In this document: piece by piece, positions 8,372 to 18,443 of the stretch | How the letters are laid out: each line of letters opens with the position of its first letter | How positions within the stretch are numbered: the first letter of the stretch is position 1 | Source: Candidatus Omnitrophota bacterium | GTDB taxonomy: Bacteria > Omnitrophota > Gorgyraeia > Gygaellales > Profunditerraquicolaceae | DNA length: 64,000 nucleotides | Direction of reading: 5' to 3' | Assembly (NCBI GenBank): GCA_003598025.1 | Contig: QZKH01000009.1 | Span: 64,896-128,895, forward strand | The notes under the pieces: model-generated | The model's input: the letters and a program-made list of their open reading frames with translations, nothing else | What the model was told of the DNA's origin: nothing | Databases searched by the model: none | Made by a program: the position numbers and the translations under genes

Positions 8372-8851
8372 ATGCCGGAAATGTTTAAGGCGGCAGAGAT
8401 TTTAAAGACAGCTATACGCATTGAAGAAAACGGTATAATTTTTTACCGCGGGATGATCAAAAGATTCAGAATTCAAGAACTGCAGGATATCTTTAGCTTT
8501 CTGGCGGACGAAGACGAACGGCACCGTAAAACCTTCGAAGAAATGCTTTCTAAATCCGAACAATACGAAATGGTAGACAGTTATCCCGGGGAATACGAGG
8601 CGTATTTACACGCCTTTGCCGATGAGCATGTTTTTAGCAAGGAGAAAACAGGCGAACTTATGTCAAAGAAGGTAAAAAACACAAAAGAAGCCATTCAGTT
8701 TGGCATAGAAGTCGAACTTGACTCCATCAATTACTATCAAGAAATCAAGCGCTTCATTCCAGATTATCAAAAAGATACGCTAGAGAAAATAATTGAAGAA
8801 GAGAGAGGCCATTTTTTAAAGCTGACGGATATCAAGAAAACACAAAAGTGA
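8372..8851 (+). CDS. rubrerythrin/ferritin-like di-iron protein
   Basis: Two E...ExxH pairs (EENG...EDERH; EVELD...EERGH). Confidence 0.55.
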   Translation: MPEMFKAAEILKTAIRIEENGIIFYRGMIKRFRIQELQDIFSFLADEDERHRKTFEEMLSKSEQYEMVDSYPGEYEAYLHAFADEHVFSKEKTGELMSKKVKNTKEAIQFGIEVELDSINYYQEIKRFIPDYQKDTLEKIIEEERGHFLKLTDIKKTQK

Positions 8852-8864
8852 GCAAGGAGACAAA

Positions 8865-9410
8865 ATGAAGCCAACGGAACAGTTAAAAACAGAGCATAGA
8901 GGCGTAAAACTAATGTTAGTGATTTTGGATAAAGTTTGTGTTGAACCCGATGAAATAAATCGGGAGCATTTTACCAGGATATTAGAATTTTTGAAAGTCT
9001 TCGTAGATAAATGCCATCATGGCAAAGAGGAAGATTTGCTTTTGCCTGCAATGGTAGAAGCAGGAGTTCCGAAAGAAGAAGGTGCCATTAAATTCACACT
9101 TCTTGAACACGTGGAAGGCCGAGGGTATATTAAAGGCATGAGCGAAGCGTTCGATAAGCTGAAAAGATGCGATCGTCAAGCCTCAGCCAGGATTGCAGAG
9201 AATGCAAAAAAATATATTGCGCTCCTCGTAAAGCATATCGAAAAAGAAGATAATATACTCTTTCCCCTAGCGGATAAAGTATTATTACAAGCAAAGCAGG
9301 CCGAGCTTGAAGAAGAATTTGAGAAATTAGAAGTTGAGCGAATCGGTCTCGGTAAGCACGAAGAATTTCACGTATTGCTGCATCAGCTTAAAGAAATCTA
9401 TTTAGATTGA
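8865..9410 (+). CDS. hemerythrin-like (HHE cation-binding) domain protein
   Basis: KTEHRGVKLML...CHHGKEEDLLLPAM matches the H..KEE..LFP hemerythrin motif. Confidence 0.6.
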   Translation: MKPTEQLKTEHRGVKLMLVILDKVCVEPDEINREHFTRILEFLKVFVDKCHHGKEEDLLLPAMVEAGVPKEEGAIKFTLLEHVEGRGYIKGMSEAFDKLKRCDRQASARIAENAKKYIALLVKHIEKEDNILFPLADKVLLQAKQAELEEEFEKLEVERIGLGKHEEFHVLLHQLKEIYLD

Positions 9411-9428
9411 AAAAGGAGGACTATTCAT

Positions 9429-9587
9429 ATGGATAAATATCAATGCCGAGCCTGCCCATATATTTATGACCCAGCTGTTGGCGACCCCACACAAGGGATT
9501 AAGCCGGGGACAAAATTCGAGGATTTGCCGGATGATTGGATTTGTCCTGAATGCGGCGTACCTAAGAGCATGTTTGATAAAATTTAA
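9429..9587 (+). CDS. rubredoxin (52 aa)
   Basis: [15 protein letters not shown]...[15 protein letters not shown]; two CxxC pairs; not in ORF track. Confidence 0.8.
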   Translation: MDKYQCRACPYIYDPAVGDPTQGIKPGTKFEDLPDDWICPECGVPKSMFDKI

Positions 9588-9601
9588 AAGGAGATGACAG
9601 C

Positions 9602-10192
9602 GTGAAGAACATAAAGATAAATATATTTTTCTTATTTCTGCTTACCGCAGCAACGGTCATGTTTATAGGACAAGGTAAACTATTTGCTCACTGCGACACT
9701 TTGGATGGCCCTGTGATTCAGGATGCGCGCACAGCTTTAGAGAAAGGCGATGTTACGCCGGTGCTAAAATGGGTCAAAAAAGACGCTGAGCAAGAGATAC
9801 GCGTTGTTTTCGATAAGACGTTAGCCGAGCGCAAGTCTAATAAAGATGCCGCTGATATAAAATTCTTCGAGACGCTGGTGCGTATTCATCGCGCAGGGGA
9901 AGGCGCGTCTTTTACCGGACTTAAGCCAAGCGGTACTGTTGAAGCTATTATCGCCGGAGCGGATAAAGCATTGGAAACCGGCTCAATTGATGCTTTGACC
10001 CAAGAAATGGCAACACATCTTACGAGCGGCGTTAAGGAACGCTTCGAGCGTGCGTTTGAATTGAGGAAACATAAAGATGAAAGCGTCGAGGCAGGGCGTG
10101 AATATGTGGAAGCCTATGTCGAATACGTGCATTACGTAGAAGGATTGCACGATATGATAGGGGGCAAGGAAGGCCATAATCATGAAGAATAA
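9602..10192 (+). CDS. secreted hypothetical protein
   Basis: N-terminal signal peptide; His-rich C-terminus. Confidence 0.4.
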   Translation: MKNIKINIFFLFLLTAATVMFIGQGKLFAHCDTLDGPVIQDARTALEKGDVTPVLKWVKKDAEQEIRVVFDKTLAERKSNKDAADIKFFETLVRIHRAGEGASFTGLKPSGTVEAIIAGADKALETGSIDALTQEMATHLTSGVKERFERAFELRKHKDESVEAGREYVEAYVEYVHYVEGLHDMIGGKEGHNHEE

Positions 10193-10309
10193 CTTCCGTT
10201 TCTTCCTAGCGAACAAAAATATTTAGTCTTTCTGCAAGCATTAGTATAGTCTTGGAAATAACGCCCTATTTATTCAAAAACAATTAAAATTTTTAAAGAG
10301 GAGCAGAAG

Positions 10310-10978
10310 TTGAGAATTTTATTAGTAGAAGACGAAATTAAGATGGCCAGTTTTATCCAGCGTGGCCTGAAAGAAGAGGATTATGTGGTTGACGTAGCCA
10401 ACGACGGAGAGAAGGCTTTATTTCAGGCTGAAATTAACCCATACGATCTCATAATCCTTGACGTCATTTTGCCGGTTAAAGACGGTATTACTGTATGCAG
10501 AGAACTCAGAAGCAAAAAAATAAATGTGCCTATTTTGATGCTTACCTCAAAAGACAAGGTAAGGGATAAAGTTTTAGGATTAAATTCCGGCGCCGATGAT
10601 TATCTGGCTAAGCCGTTTGCTTTTGAAGAGCTGTTAGCCAGAATCAGCGCGCTATTGAGAAGAAATAAGCAGGATAAAACCGGCATTCTTAAGATTGCCG
10701 ACCTGGAAATGGATCAGCTCAGGCATAAAGTTACCAGGTCTGGAAAAGAAATCCAGTTAACCAGCAAAGAGTTTGCCCTTTTGGAATACCTTATGCTTAA
10801 TGCTACTCATGTCGTCACCAGGACTATGATTTCTGAGCACGTATGGCATGAGGATTTTGACAGTTTCACGAATGTAATTGATGTGTATATGAATTTTTTG
10901 CGCAATAAGATTGATAAAGGGCACAAAAAGCAGCTTATCCATACCATCCACGGCAAAGGGTATGTTTTAAGGGAATAA
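10310..10978 (+). CDS. OmpR-family response regulator
   Basis: REC domain (LLVEDE, D in LILDVILP) plus winged-helix C-terminus. Confidence 0.8.
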   Translation: MRILLVEDEIKMASFIQRGLKEEDYVVDVANDGEKALFQAEINPYDLIILDVILPVKDGITVCRELRSKKINVPILMLTSKDKVRDKVLGLNSGADDYLAKPFAFEELLARISALLRRNKQDKTGILKIADLEMDQLRHKVTRSGKEIQLTSKEFALLEYLMLNATHVVTRTMISEHVWHEDFDSFTNVIDVYMNFLRNKIDKGHKKQLIHTIHGKGYVLRE

Positions 10979-10980
10979 TT

Positions 10981-12012
10981 ATGCGCGCTAAAACCATTAA
11001 ATTAAAAATCAGCATATTATACGCATCCATATTAGGGGTTTTATTATCTTTATATATTGCTTTCTTATTTATTGTTCCCTCGGATACACTAAAAGGCAAT
11101 AAGCTGCTTTATATATTAATTCCTATCCCAATAACTTTATTATTCGGGTATTTTATCGGCCGGGTGATTGTTGTAAGGATTTTAAGGCCAATTAAAGAAA
11201 TTACCGATACTGCTAATAATATTACACATGAAGATTTAAGCCTGAGAGTCAAAGCAGAGAATGTTGATGAAGAGTTGCGTTTATTAATAGAGGCCTTTAA
11301 CGGAATGGTTTCGCGCCTGGGAGAATCATTTGAGTATATAACAGATTCGAGTTCATATATCGCCCATGAACTAAAGACTCCTATCGCCATCATTAGAGGA
11401 GAGTCGGAGTTTGCCTTAAAAAAGGAGAGAGATAAAGAAGAATATAAAAGAGTCATCAGCGTCAGTCTGGAAGAAACCAAGAGAATGCTTAAAATTATTG
11501 AAGATTTACTGCTGTTGACCAAAATGAATTACCAGCCTGGTGTTTTGAAATTCGAACAGATTGATTTAACCCAATTTATCCGAATAATATACGAACAGGC
11601 AAAGATTTTGGCCTCCCAAAAGAAGATAACGGTAAATGCTGATATTCCGGAAGAAGCAGGTATGGTGAGTGCGGATGAGCTACACTTGAGGCGTTTATTT
11701 TTAAATCTAATAGATAATGCGATAAAATTTACCCCCGATAACGGCAGCATCGGTATAAGTTTAAAATACGAAAACCAAAAAGCCATTGTTTCTATCGTGG
11801 ATACAGGAATTGGCATTGAAGAAGAGAATATGCCAAAACTTTTTGAAAAGTTTTTCCGTATCGAAGGAAAGACTAAAGACAATTCTCCCAGCAGCGGATT
11901 AGGTTTGAGCATCGCCCAATCAATAGCCGAACTGCATAACGGTGAAATTTCGGTAACCAGCCGTGCGGGGCAAGGCTCTAATTTTACCGTTTCCATCCCT
12001 CTTCTTAATTAA
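10981..12012 (+). CDS. sensor histidine kinase (2 TM, HAMP, HisKA, HATPase_c)
   Basis: H-box YIAHELKTPI; N/G boxes DNAIKFT, DTGIGI, GLGLSIA. Confidence 0.8.
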   Translation: MRAKTIKLKISILYASILGVLLSLYIAFLFIVPSDTLKGNKLLYILIPIPITLLFGYFIGRVIVVRILRPIKEITDTANNITHEDLSLRVKAENVDEELRLLIEAFNGMVSRLGESFEYITDSSSYIAHELKTPIAIIRGESEFALKKERDKEEYKRVISVSLEETKRMLKIIEDLLLLTKMNYQPGVLKFEQIDLTQFIRIIYEQAKILASQKKITVNADIPEEAGMVSADELHLRRLFLNLIDNAIKFTPDNGSIGISLKYENQKAIVSIVDTGIGIEEENMPKLFEKFFRIEGKTKDNSPSSGLGLSIAQSIAELHNGEISVTSRAGQGSNFTVSIPLLN

Positions 12013-12209
12013 CAAATCTTAAATTCTTCCCCCATTTTTCGAACAGCTAATTATTAAAAATTTTAATTTCTTTTTAACGTTTCTTTAATCCGTCATAAGT
12101 TATACTTATGGCAGGATAAAAAGAAAAAAAGAAAATTTGGGTGGCTGTGGAGGTTTATTAAGAAATGTAGTTTAACTCTGCAGCCGCCCGCTCATTTAAA
12201 GGAGCTAAA

Positions 12210-12938
12210 ATGACAAAAATTCTTATTGTTGAGGATGAAGAGAAAGTAAGGCGGATGTATAACATAATGCTTAAAAATGAAGGCTTTGAGGTTATTGAGG
12301 CTCCTGATGCCATCCAGGCATCCTATATATTAAACAGAGAATCCGTAGATATAATGCTCCTGGATATAAAAATGCCGCAGGTTTACGGCAGTATTTTTTA
12401 CGATATGATGCAGAGATCTTATAAGAAAGTTAAAGTAATCGTCGCAAGCGTTTATCCTCTTGACGAGCAAAAGAAAATGATTGAGGGTGCTGCGGATTAC
12501 TATGATAAATCGCAAGGCCTGGATTTGCTGCTGGAAAAAGTCAAGAAAGCCGAACGTAGTATAAAACAGCAAAAAAGCATATTGGTGATTGACGATGAGC
12601 CTCGTATCAGGAAGATATACCGCCACTATTTAGAGGAATACGGCTACCGCATCATTGAAGCCCATGACGGCAATGCTGGTTTAGATATATTAAGGAAAAG
12701 CAATGAAATCGCCTTAGTAATTCTTGACCTTGCCATGCCCAAACAAAGCGGGTTTGAAATTTATGAGCAGATAAAAAAAGAGTTCCCGGGCATAAAAATA
12801 TTAGTCGCCAGCGTTTTTAATCAAAATGACCAACAATTCTTCCTTCCTAATGCCGATGAGTATTACGATAAATCAGAGGATGCCTCAGGGCTAATCCAGA
12901 AGATCGAAAAGCTGATACATACAGATTGTCCCGCATAA
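12210..12938 (+). CDS. tandem-receiver (REC-REC) response regulator without output domain
   Basis: Two REC domains (ILIVEDEE... and ILVIDDEP...). Confidence 0.7.
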   Translation: MTKILIVEDEEKVRRMYNIMLKNEGFEVIEAPDAIQASYILNRESVDIMLLDIKMPQVYGSIFYDMMQRSYKKVKVIVASVYPLDEQKKMIEGAADYYDKSQGLDLLLEKVKKAERSIKQQKSILVIDDEPRIRKIYRHYLEEYGYRIIEAHDGNAGLDILRKSNEIALVILDLAMPKQSGFEIYEQIKKEFPGIKILVASVFNQNDQQFFLPNADEYYDKSEDASGLIQKIEKLIHTDCPA

Positions 12939-12989
12939 CTAACAATTGCCCCTGGAAGCAAAACGCCAAGGGGATGAAGGAGGTTAATT

Positions 12990-13187
12990 ATGTGCCCATA
13001 TTTTATTTATTCAAAACTCCAGAGTTTATGCGCTTGTTATCCCGGAAGGTTATTTTGCCCGAGCCTTCAAAGAAGGCATGATTTTTGTTTCAGCAGGTTC
13101 AGGGATTGTCCGTATTTTAAAATAGAAACAGTATCAAACTTGGAGCCGACGGTTCAAGAAAACGGCCAGTTGGCAGTATCTGATTGA
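12990..13187 (+). CDS. Cys-rich small protein (paralog A)
   Basis: MCPYFIYSKLQSLCACYPGRLFCPSLQRRHDFCFSRFRDCPYF; shares MCPYF..CxCY.G.LF.PS..R....C...F.DCP[YF] with 13790-13981. Confidence 0.45.
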   Translation: MCPYFIYSKLQSLCACYPGRLFCPSLQRRHDFCFSRFRDCPYFKIETVSNLEPTVQENGQLAVSD

Positions 13188-13239
13188 ATCAGGAAAAATC
13201 AGCGCCAAAAAATAAAGGAATTTAAGGAGAATTTTTGGT

Positions 13240-13776
13240 ATGCAGTTTTATATCCCGCAAAACATTTTTATTCAAATAACCATCCCTCTCTTGATTTTTT
13301 TGGCCCGGGCGGCTGATGTAAGCATGGCGGCAATGAGGATTATTTTTGTTACGAGGGGGATAAGGGCGCTTGCTGCAATTATAGGGTTTTTTGAAATGTT
13401 AATTTGGCTCATTGCCATCACCCAAATAATGCAGAATTTAAATAACCCCATAAATTATATTGCTTTTGCGGCCGGATTCAGCATGGGGACTTTTGTCGGC
13501 ATCACCATAGAAAAAAGGATAGCTATAGGGAATTTAGCGGTTCAATTCATAACAGGCAAGGATCCGGCTGGCTTATTAACGTATTTCCGCGCAAATGGTT
13601 ACGGCGCAACTACAATCGACGCACAGGGGACATCCGGCCCTGTAAAGATTATTTTTATAATTGTGCGGCGCAAGTTATTGGACCGGACATTAGATATTAT
13701 AAAGAAATTTGACCCCGATGCATTTTATACCATAGGGGATGTAAGGACGGCAGCGCGTCTTAGCCCTGCAATATAA
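13240..13776 (+). CDS. UPF0316/DUF2179-like membrane protein
   Basis: Three N-terminal TM segments plus a soluble C-terminal domain; family call from memory. Confidence 0.45.
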   Translation: MQFYIPQNIFIQITIPLLIFLARAADVSMAAMRIIFVTRGIRALAAIIGFFEMLIWLIAITQIMQNLNNPINYIAFAAGFSMGTFVGITIEKRIAIGNLAVQFITGKDPAGLLTYFRANGYGATTIDAQGTSGPVKIIFIIVRRKLLDRTLDIIKKFDPDAFYTIGDVRTAARLSPAI

Positions 13777-13789
13777 GAGGAAATGAGTC

Positions 13790-13981
13790 ATGTGCCCTTA
13801 TTTTGTTGCTACAAGGCCGATTGGTTATTGCGGATGTTACGGAGACGGATTATTCCGCCCCAGCATCAAACGCAAAAAGCAGTATTGTGTGGGGAAATTT
13901 ATGGATTGCCCATTCTATCAATTAGAAATGAGGCCTATTATTATCAAGTCAGTGCGGGGATCGAAAAGTAATGAGGCATGA
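13790..13981 (+). CDS. Cys-rich small protein (paralog B)
   Basis: MCPYFVATRPIGYCGCYGDGLFRPSIKRKKQYCVGKFMDCPFYQ. Confidence 0.45.
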   Translation: MCPYFVATRPIGYCGCYGDGLFRPSIKRKKQYCVGKFMDCPFYQLEMRPIIIKSVRGSKSNEA

Positions 13982-14649
13982 ATATTTTAGCCTGGTTATT
14001 GCAAAAGCATTGGATGGTTATGAGGGATATTTCAATAATGGACATTGAAAGAGATCTTAAGAAATTAAATGATGACTTGCTTAAAAGCTGCCGTTTAACG
14101 CAGGAAGCCATAAGCAAAACATCCAGCATCCTGATGCGTTTTGATGCCGGGAAGATACGAGAGATAATAGATAATAACAAAAAAATAGGAGCTCTTTGCG
14201 TCGCCTCCGGGGAATATCTTACTAATATCATTAAACAGTATCAGCCCGAGGGCAGCGTCTTAACATTCATCTCTTCAAGCATAAGCGTTAATATTGAATT
14301 AAAACAAATTGGAGACTTAACCGCTGGTATTGCGGAAAGCCTATTAAGTTTAAATACAGATATCCCCGAGAGGTATAAAATCAATATTTCTCAATTTGCT
14401 AAAATTTTTCAAAATATTGTCTGGGATTCGGTTATTGCTTTTTTAAAACAAGACGCAGGGTTAGCTAAGAAGACTATTTTAGCAAGCCTGGAGTTAAAAA
14501 AGATATGCAGCCGCATGCAGGACGATTTAATAGAAACAAATAAAAAAGCAGAAACAACGGAAAGAGGCGAAACCATTTTATTATTTATTATCCAGAGTGT
14601 AGGTGATATCGCTGCGCACACAGTCAATATTGCGGAAATTAGCGCATAA
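13978..14649 (+). CDS. PhoU-domain protein
   Basis: C-terminal ...SVGDIAAHTVNIAEISA matches the PhoU repeat signature. Confidence 0.5.
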   Translation: MNILAWLLQKHWMVMRDISIMDIERDLKKLNDDLLKSCRLTQEAISKTSSILMRFDAGKIREIIDNNKKIGALCVASGEYLTNIIKQYQPEGSVLTFISSSISVNIELKQIGDLTAGIAESLLSLNTDIPERYKINISQFAKIFQNIVWDSVIAFLKQDAGLAKKTILASLELKKICSRMQDDLIETNKKAETTERGETILLFIIQSVGDIAAHTVNIAEISA

Positions 14650-14672
14650 GGATTAAGAATGAGTTAAGCTAA

Positions 14673-15104
14673 ATGTGTATAATTAAAAAAAGCGACTACA
14701 GGAGAATGAAGGAGTTAATAATTGGCTATGAGGCCGGGGGTTTTCCTGATCGACAAACAAAAAAACACATTTTATTTGTTAAAGAAAAGTTAAATAAAGC
14801 AAAAAAAGTTGATGATACTTATCCCGGACTCACTGATATCGTATACCTTAATTCTGCAGTAAGGTTTAAAAATATATCAACTGCGGAGGAAAAGGAATAT
14901 TTATTTGTCATTCCAAAAATTGAGTGCAAAGAACTGGGCAGAGTTTCTGTGCTTTCTAATTTAGGAATTGCTTTGCTGGGGCATAAGAAAGGAGATACCG
15001 TAGAAGTAAAAGAATCCGACGGATCAAAATACAGTGTTCAAGTATTAAAGATACAACCCACATCAGAGTTATGGATTAAAAAGCTCGAGCAATATAAAGA
15101 ATAG
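14673..15104 (+). CDS. GreA/GreB C-terminal (FKBP-like) domain protein, Rnk-like
   Basis: VSVLSNLGIALLGHKKGDTVEVKESDGSKYSVQVLKI. Confidence 0.55.
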   Translation: MCIIKKSDYRRMKELIIGYEAGGFPDRQTKKHILFVKEKLNKAKKVDDTYPGLTDIVYLNSAVRFKNISTAEEKEYLFVIPKIECKELGRVSVLSNLGIALLGHKKGDTVEVKESDGSKYSVQVLKIQPTSELWIKKLEQYKE

Positions 15105-15140
15105 AAAGCTAATCTAAAATAATATAGAGAAGGAGCAGCA

Positions 15141-15659
15141 ATGAAAGACAAACAAATTTATATAACAAAGCCGGATTTTGACCGCCTCACAGAAATAACC
15201 AAAAATATAAGGTCTAGGCAGGAGATTGACAGGCGCTCTCTTGATGAGCTGGAGCACAGCTTCAGCTCGCGGGATGAATTAGGATTAATTAAAGAAGTAA
15301 GAAAAATAAAAAGCTCAAGGAACGATACGGAGTGGGCGCGGATTGAAGAGCTTGAAGCCGAGTTAAACAGGGCAATTGTAGTTGATGCCGACAAAATTCC
15401 GCCTGATATCGTTACGATGAACTCAAAGGTTTGCCTTAGGGATGCCGATACAGGCAAAGACGAAATTTATCAATTAGTATACCCCGAAGACGCAGATATT
15501 GAGCAAAACAAAATCTCTATTTTAGCTCCCATTGGCACAGCAATATTGGGATATAAAGTAGGAGATATTATTGAATGGAAAGTCCCGGCAGGTTTAAGAA
15601 AACTTAAAATTAAGAAAATAGTATATCAGCCGGAAGCGGCCAAAGAATACCAACTCTAA
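15141..15659 (+). CDS. GreA/GreB-family regulator (coiled coil + FKBP-like C-domain)
   Basis: ISILAPIGTAILGYKVGDIIEWKVPAGLRKLKIKKIV. Confidence 0.55.
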   Translation: MKDKQIYITKPDFDRLTEITKNIRSRQEIDRRSLDELEHSFSSRDELGLIKEVRKIKSSRNDTEWARIEELEAELNRAIVVDADKIPPDIVTMNSKVCLRDADTGKDEIYQLVYPEDADIEQNKISILAPIGTAILGYKVGDIIEWKVPAGLRKLKIKKIVYQPEAAKEYQL

Positions 15660-15670
15660 ACTCAGGCGAT

Positions 15671-17023
15671 ATGAATAAGAAAATTATTAAAAAAGCAGAA
15701 GAACTGATAGCGCAAAGAAAACTTTCCGAATTAAAGGAGATTATTCCGCAGCATCCGGAAGACATAGCGTATTTTATCTCTCATCTTTTTAATCCATCCT
15801 GGAAAATGATCGTATTCCGCATGATTCCTCCCGAGACCGCCGTGGAAGTCTTTATGAGTTTTCCTGTAGAGGAGCAGGAAAAAATGCTCGAGGATTTAAC
15901 CACATCTGAAATCAGGACAATCTTAAATGAAATGTCGGTTGACGACAGGACTGGATTATTTGAAGAAATGCCCGCGGAGCTGGTTAAAAAATTTATGAGC
16001 TATCTTTATTATGAGGAAAGAGAGATAGCACAGCAGATACTTAATTATCCCGATAATTCCGTGGGAAGGCTGATGACTCCGGACTTTGTGCAGCTTTATG
16101 AAGACATGACTGTTGAAGCCGCCCTGGAGCACATAAAACAAATCGGCTTAAAAACAGAAACAATTTATCACGCTTATGTATTAAACGCCGAAAGGAAATT
16201 AATAGGCGTGGTATCGCTTAAAAAAATAGTTTTAGCCCAGGCTGGCGCGCTGATAAAAGACATTATGTTTAGAGATGTGAAGAAGATTAACGTATACCGG
16301 GATCAAGAAGAGGCTTTAGGCATTTTTAAAAAATATGACCTTTTGGCCCTGCCGGTTATAGATAATAACGAGAAGTTATTAGGGATAATAACCTTTGATG
16401 ATCTGGTAGATGTTATTGATGAGGAGGCCACAGAAGACTTCCAAAGAATTGCCGCAGTTGTCCCTATAGAAGAGCCTTATCTTGAGACGGGCCTATTTAA
16501 TATACTTTGGAAAAGAAGTTTTTGGCTTATCTTATTGGTGATTTTGGGATCTGCGTCGGGCTTTATTCTTCAAAAGTTCCAGCTGACTATACAAAAATGG
16601 ATTGCATTAAGTTTTTTTCTCCCCATGCTTGTTGATACAGCCGGTAACGCAGGCACCCAATCCTCGACGATAGTTATCAGGAGTTTGGCGGTGGGAGAGA
16701 TAAAAATAAACGATTTTCTCAGGGTAGCTTTAAGAGAGTCAATGCTGGGGATTTTATTAGGCGGCATTTTGGCCTTAGCGTGCATATTAAGGGTGTTTTT
16801 TCAAGAATATAACTGGGGTTTGAGCTTTTCTGTGGGGCTTTCTATGGGATTAACGGTTATCATTTCCGCAGTGATAGGCGCCAGCCTCCCCATTATATTA
16901 AAAAAGATTAAATTAGACCCCGCTCTGATGAGCGGGCCTTTACTTACAACAATAATTGATATCTTGGGCATTACAATATATTTCTGGATTGCAAATAAGT
17001 TCTTGTTTTTGCTGAGAATCTAA
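15671..17023 (+). CDS. mgtE: magnesium transporter MgtE
   Basis: MgtE_N domain, CBS pair, C-terminal 5-TM MgtE domain (PMLVDTAGNAGTQS). Confidence 0.85.
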   Translation: MNKKIIKKAEELIAQRKLSELKEIIPQHPEDIAYFISHLFNPSWKMIVFRMIPPETAVEVFMSFPVEEQEKMLEDLTTSEIRTILNEMSVDDRTGLFEEMPAELVKKFMSYLYYEEREIAQQILNYPDNSVGRLMTPDFVQLYEDMTVEAALEHIKQIGLKTETIYHAYVLNAERKLIGVVSLKKIVLAQAGALIKDIMFRDVKKINVYRDQEEALGIFKKYDLLALPVIDNNEKLLGIITFDDLVDVIDEEATEDFQRIAAVVPIEEPYLETGLFNILWKRSFWLILLVILGSASGFILQKFQLTIQKWIALSFFLPMLVDTAGNAGTQSSTIVIRSLAVGEIKINDFLRVALRESMLGILLGGILALACILRVFFQEYNWGLSFSVGLSMGLTVIISAVIGASLPIILKKIKLDPALMSGPLLTTIIDILGITIYFWIANKFLFLLRI

Positions 17024-17076
17024 AAATAAGATTAAAGGCCAGCTTAGAAAGCTTAAAAAGTTAAGGAGGATGCCAA

Positions 17077-17292
17077 ATGAGCCGGAATGTGATATTAAAC
17101 ATAGGAGACACGATAAAATATTCCGGAGAGTGTACCGGCATTATTGAGAAAATCAGGATAATTTCAACGGGGAATTATATTGAGCAGTATGAATATAACG
17201 GCAATGGCGAAGATATAGTTTTAACCTTAAGAAATGATCACGGCATAACAAATCTTTGGCTTAAAGATACGTCTATTTCTAAAATATTCTAA
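17077..17292 (+). CDS. hypothetical protein (71 aa)
   Basis: ORF with SD AAGGAGGA. Confidence 0.3.
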   Translation: MSRNVILNIGDTIKYSGECTGIIEKIRIISTGNYIEQYEYNGNGEDIVLTLRNDHGITNLWLKDTSISKIF

Positions 17293-17294
17293 AA

Positions 17295-17582
17295 ATGGGC
17301 TGCAAACGTAAAGGAAGGATTTCTGACAGATTACTGGAGGTTAAAGTAAAGAGCGTAGATAATAATGCCAAGAGATTAGTTACGGAGGAAATAAGGGTTA
17401 GCGGAAACAGGGCGAAGCATATAAAGACAATTTTTACTGTAGACACCCAAACACTGATTATAGGAAATGGCAATAAAAACGCTGGCCTTCACGATATAAA
17501 AGCCGGAAATAAGATCAATATAGATTTTATAAAGACCCAAGATAAAAAATTGCTGGCCAAGGGTATTGCTTTATTAGATTAA
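17295..17582 (+). CDS. hypothetical protein (95 aa)
   Basis: ORF starts 3 nt after the previous stop. Confidence 0.3.
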   Translation: MGCKRKGRISDRLLEVKVKSVDNNAKRLVTEEIRVSGNRAKHIKTIFTVDTQTLIIGNGNKNAGLHDIKAGNKINIDFIKTQDKKLLAKGIALLD

Positions 17583-17661
17583 GTCTTATTGAAAGGAGGT
17601 GAGCGAAAAGCATTTCAGGCATAGCGGTTAATAGTAATTACATAACAGAAAGGAGCGTCTA

Positions 17662-17838
17662 ATGGCTGCAAAAATAAAGAAAATTACAACCGATAAGAAA
17701 GAAACCTCCGTTGGATCTGAAAAGTTCTTTGTTGAGGTGCAGAAGAAAGCATATTATCTTTGGGAAAAAGAAGGAAAACCTCAAGGCAAGGATTGGGATA
17801 TATGGCTTAAAGCGGAAAAAGAGGTTTTGGGCAGATAA
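17662..17838 (+). CDS. DUF2934-like small protein (58 aa)
   Basis: KKAYYLWEKEGKPQGKDWDIWLKAEKE matches the DUF2934 signature; SD AAAGGAG; not in ORF track. Confidence 0.5.
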   Translation: MAAKIKKITTDKKETSVGSEKFFVEVQKKAYYLWEKEGKPQGKDWDIWLKAEKEVLGR

Positions 17839-17956
17839 AAATATTAAAGCAGTATGGGCAAATAACCCGCGGCCTGTATTTTAGGCCTTATAATAGGCTG
17901 TCTACGCAATAGCAGAGTTGCCATTATCCGGGTTTAAATGTAAAGGAGCGGAGGCC

Positions 17957-18418
17957 ATGGCAATAACCGTATTTGTTAGTTTTAACCACGCTGACCAAAA
18001 ACAGCTTGAAGCTTTTGATTTGCTTAAAAATAAGACGAAACATGTTTTTGAATCTCATGACCATTTATGCAAAGAAGTATCGCCGGACGGCAGCGAAAAA
18101 TTAATTATATGCCAGATAAACGAAGGCCGTTCAAAACCAATGCGCGAAGAAATTATCAAGAAATTCGAGCAGTGTTCTAAGCTGGTAGTTTTAATGGGGA
18201 ATGAAACCTATAAAGACGCATGGGTTGAATGGGAAGTCAACAATTTTTATAAGATGAAAGATGCGCTTTTGCCTGGTAAAGCGTGGATGAATATTCGTGG
18301 TATGTTTCTTGAAGGCTGCGAAAAAGCGACAGCTCCTAAGGCTTTGGAATGCAGGTCGACGCAACGCTTGGCTTGGGACCCCGAGGCTTTAGAAAAATGG
18401 ATAGACGAATTAAGTTAA
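17957..18418 (+). CDS. TIR-like domain protein (DUF1863 / Thoeris ThsB-like)
   Basis: MAITVFVSFNHADQK... resembles the ThsB N-terminus (MAKRVFFSFHYQD, recalled from memory). Later KLVVLMGNETYKDAWVEWEV resembles ThsB VLIGSQTFNRRWVRYEI. SD AAGGAGCGGAGG precedes ATG 17957. Confidence 0.6.
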   Translation: MAITVFVSFNHADQKQLEAFDLLKNKTKHVFESHDHLCKEVSPDGSEKLIICQINEGRSKPMREEIIKKFEQCSKLVVLMGNETYKDAWVEWEVNNFYKMKDALLPGKAWMNIRGMFLEGCEKATAPKALECRSTQRLAWDPEALEKWIDELS

Positions 18419-18443
18419 AACAGGCGCGCAATAAAGTGAAAGA

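Noticed and set aside
11109-11996. Minus-strand ORFs of 137 and 155 aa inside the histidine kinase gene
   Set aside because: Antisense shadow ORFs with low-complexity S/L-rich translations.
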